Part shown: positions 60,516 to 64,000 of the stretch, one piece after another | How the letters are laid out: the number at the start of each line of letters is the position of its first letter | Numbering within the stretch: the stretch's first letter is position 1 | Source of the DNA: Nemertoderma westbladi | Lineage: Eukaryota > Animalia > Xenacoelomorpha | NCBI GenBank assembly: GCA_032718475.1 | Contig: JAUCBJ010000090.1 | Location: 1 to 64,000 of the forward strand | Direction: 5' to 3' | DNA: 64,000 bases | Notes under the pieces: model-generated | The model's input: only the letters and a program-made list of their open reading frames with translations | What the model was told of the DNA's origin: nothing | Database searches by the model: none | Translations under genes and position numbers: made by a program

Positions 60516-63500
60516 TTTAACGGATGGTTATTCAGACACCGAGGAAGACAGGGATATTTTATTACGCAAATCAATCACAGATGCGACCCTGACTGAGAAA
60601 ATATCCAACTGGGTAGATCAACAAAAGATGGAAGAAAATTGCCATGATTGCACCCTATCTATTGAAGAAGAGCAAGCCATACAAATTCAAAACACTACCA
60701 CTCGTTATATCCCAGAAGAAGGTAGATACGAAACTGGATTACTGTGGCGCTCTAAATCGGTGAAGTTGACGAATAACCCTGTCCTATCTGAGAAATGCCT
60801 TAGCCAACTAAAGAGACGTTTAACCGGCGATCATAATGCCCACAGGATGAACAAATGACTAAGACTATTAGTGAAGGGTACGCTACAGAGGTGCCACCTG
60901 ATACTCCCCACACCGATCGCACTTATTACATAACTCATCATTATGTAAAGCGGCCTGATAAACCAGACAAAGTCAGAGTAGTTTTCGACAGATCAGCCTT
61001 GTATAAAGGACAATCGTTAAACTCTCAACTGATGGCCGGCCCTAACTTATTGCGTTCACTTCCAGGGATATTAATACGATTACGGCAATTCGATGTCGCC
61101 TTTGCCTCTGATATTGAAGGTATGTTCCTGCAGGTTAAAGTCACTCAGGAGGATCAGGATAGTCTGCGTTTCCTCTGGTGGCCTGGAGGAGATTTCACTA
61201 AACCACCAAAGAGTACTGGATGACCATACAAGCCTTCGGGCTAATATCCAGCCCTTCAAATGCCTGCCATATTGTGCCCCGCATGGCAGACGACAACAAA
61301 CACCTATATGAGTCTGAAGTCATTAACAATATTAAAAGTAATATTTAGATGGACGACAACTTACATTCAGTCCCTACCATACCTACAAGAAGCCGTGTCC
61401 ATTGCGAAGGGAACAGTCGACTGCTTGAAGAAAGGTGGCTTCCGCTTAACCAAGTTCACCAGCAACTCCCGGGAATTCCTGTCAACTATACCCGAGACGG
61501 AAAGGGGCAGCCACGACTTAGACCTAAGTAAAGATGACTTTCCGGCAACTAAAACCCTCAGCCTCAGATGGGATACGCAACTGGACGAAATGTTTTATAA
61601 GGTCCAGATTAGGCCTCCAGGTGTACGCACTAAGCGTATTTGTCTTAGCATATTAAGTACAATGTTCGACCCTATAGATTTTATAAGTCCTGTAATTCTG
61701 GAAGCTAGGCAGAAAGTAAAAACCATGTGGGACCAGAATCTTACATGGGACGAACACCTGGCAGAAGATTTATTAATTAACTGGTCCAGGTGGGAAAATG
61801 CCTTACCTGATATTGAAAACTTTCGGGTGCCCTGAGCTTACATCCCCAATGCTTTACCATCACACACATACCAATTACATGTATTTGGAGATGCAAGTGA
61901 CAAGGGCATTGGCATCATAGCTTACTATAGGGCTACCACGAAGACACTCGGGTATCCCTCGTTGCGTCCAAATCTTTGATTAAGAGTAAGGACTTGACTG
62001 TCCCAAGAGCCGAACTAAAGGCCGCGTTATTCGCGACTATTGTCGCCAAAAATATACTGGACGAGACCGACTTCATAATTTCAAGGACAGTTTTATGGAC
62101 AGACGCAGCCATAGTGCTGGAATATTTAACTAACACCGTTTGCGGTTTTAGTGTATACATCATAAACCGAGTATCTATAATACTCAACCACACTAAATTA
62201 GAACAATGGAGGTACATTCCCAGACCTCAAAACCCCGCGGACATACCTTCACGTGGTGCAACCCCTAACGACCTGATAAACTCTAAGTGTTGGTTGAATG
62301 GACCCGATTTCCTTTCCCAACCAGAGGACCAATGGCCTGCTCATATTACTCCCGAGGAAATGAGACAGGTTAAGAGTTTGGAAATCGTTAAACCTAAAAC
62401 CAGGCCATCCAAGTCCAAGCTATTCAAACCCATCGATATAGCGACCAACAATTATGTAAACAAACTAGACAGTCAAAATTCAGACCCTCTTGCAAGTACT
62501 CAACACAGGGCTGAAGCTGTCCCAGACAACCCCAAAATATCCACAGGTCAGTCAGACTTGCCCAACGTGGATATCGGTCTATCCCCACTAATAGCCCAAG
62601 CCATAAATCATTATAGCTCGTGGGATAAGATATGTAGGGCTATAACTATACTAAAACAACTTTTCAACTATAGGTACAGTACTAATAGCGTACCTGTGAT
62701 AGGCTTAACACATAATGGAGTGGATAAATCCAACCTACAATTATTGAGAATTTCACAAAGGCTGGAGAAACCTGAGAAATATAATCAGGTCAGCATCGAT
62801 CCCTTGACTCCACTGGCTGATAAATTCTCCAGCATTATGATAAATGGGTTAATTTGAGTTGGAGGACGCCTCACTAACGCTCCCATCTCCAGGGATACTA
62901 TGTTCCCCATATTAATATTTGATCCCGAGATTCAAACCAAGTTGATTGGGATGTTCATTACCGACTCTATCACACCGGGAGAGAACACATATTAAGCGAG
63001 ATTAGAATGCGTTATCTTGTTCACCATTGTGCGGCCCTCAACCAGATGCTACGAAACTGTATACGTTGCAAAAGGATTTATAGCAAACCAATGACGCAAC
63101 TGGAAGTGGTGCTCCCGAAGGAAAGAGTTGACTGTTATCAGCCCCCATTCACCCACACTGGTGTGGATCTCTTCGGCCCCTTTGAAGTTAAGCGTGCCCG
63201 CTCGATAGTAAAACGGTGGTGCGTCATCTTCGTTTGCATGACTTTTTGAGCAGTCTACCTGGATATGGTTAACGACATGTCGATGAAAAGCTTTATCCTT
63301 TGCCTCCGGAGACAGATCGGTAGATTTAGCACTAGCTGGACCATGAGGTCCAACCAAGGGACTAACTTCATAGGCGCCAACAAAGAAATCTCCAAATTCA
63401 TTACAGATTGGAACGATCACCAGCTCGAAGAACATCTTAAAGTGTCGGCATCCACATGGACATTCAATGCCGTCGACGTGCCCTGGTGGGGCGGAAGGTG

Positions 63501-64000
63501 GGATTAAAAGCACAAAGGTCGCGTTCCATCACATCATCCCATGTAAGGCTTATTTAACCGACGAACTACTCAGAACTATTTTGGAGGAGATATCAAGTTA
63601 CTTGAATGATAGACCCCTCTTACCTAATTCATCGAATCCACAAGCCATGGAACCCCTCACACTGTCCCATTTCCTACTAAGAAAACCCGTAACAATGCTG
63701 CCCTAATCCGATCCACAGGATGGTAATGAACTGTTGAGACTTACTTGCCATATGATGCAACTACTATCTCAGCGATTCGCTACACATTTCGAAAGATACT
63801 ATTTACCTTCAGTCCAGCTCAGGATCAAATGGTTTTCCAAGAAGGAAAATGTATCAGTTGGCGATATAGTACTTTTAGTGGATCCGGACCAACCTAGAAA
63901 GAACTGGGAAATGGGCTGTATAACAGAAATTGATACAGGTAACAATGACTTGGTACACTCAGTTGAACTGGCTATTTGGAGAGCTACACCCAAACCCAAA
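60516..64000 (+). pseudogene. pol: Element D (BEL/Pao) pol: RT, RNase H and integrase, degenerate, continuing beyond the window
   Basis: RYETGLLW, YYITHHYV, KVRVVFD, SDIEGMFLQV, VFGDAS, TVPRAELKAA, NPADIPSRG, TGVDLFGPF, SNQGTNFIG, VGDIVLL..RKNWEMG. Confidence 0.92.

Noticed and set aside
60487-60574. N-terminus of the 277-aa transposase ORF
   Set aside because: It is read through the palindrome and antisense element D sequence, so it is not the real start

Overview
AT-rich animal (probably invertebrate) genomic DNA made up almost entirely of nested transposable elements and tandem repeats, with one intronless host-like gene. Non-LTR content: several decayed RTE-type LINE copies from two families, including a head-to-head pair forming a ~1 kb inverted repeat, and a tRNA-derived SINE. 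LTR content: four BEL/Pao-lineage elements. A (20400-33853, minus, TSD TACCT, gag+protease only) sits inside a LINE. B (24762-31758, plus, TSD ACCCC, gag plus an integrase remnant) is nested in A. C (38675-51519, plus, TSD TTCAA) has a frameshifted gag-pol and an extra ORF. D (from ~57650, running off the window) is interrupted by a hAT-like transposon. There are also 37-bp and 23-bp minisatellites and a single-pass membrane protein gene with a Cys-repeat ectodomain and PY motifs (56592-57323). Main observations: (1) A and B have no tRNA primer-binding site; the bases right after each 5' LTR are instead complementary to a different 9-10-mer at the same relative position inside that element's own LTR, suggesting Tf1-like self-priming in a BEL/Pao lineage. 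(2) C carries a probably inactive DEDDy/WRN-exonuclease-like ORF in the env position, together with a conserved GNRA/bulged-A hairpin dispersed through its LTR, gag, pol and extra ORF, plus covarying UUCG hairpin arrays in the LTR. (3) A 25-bp perfect palindrome looks like a one-ended hAT hairpin-excision footprint. All family assignments come from motifs read by eye; no database search was run, so novelty is not established.
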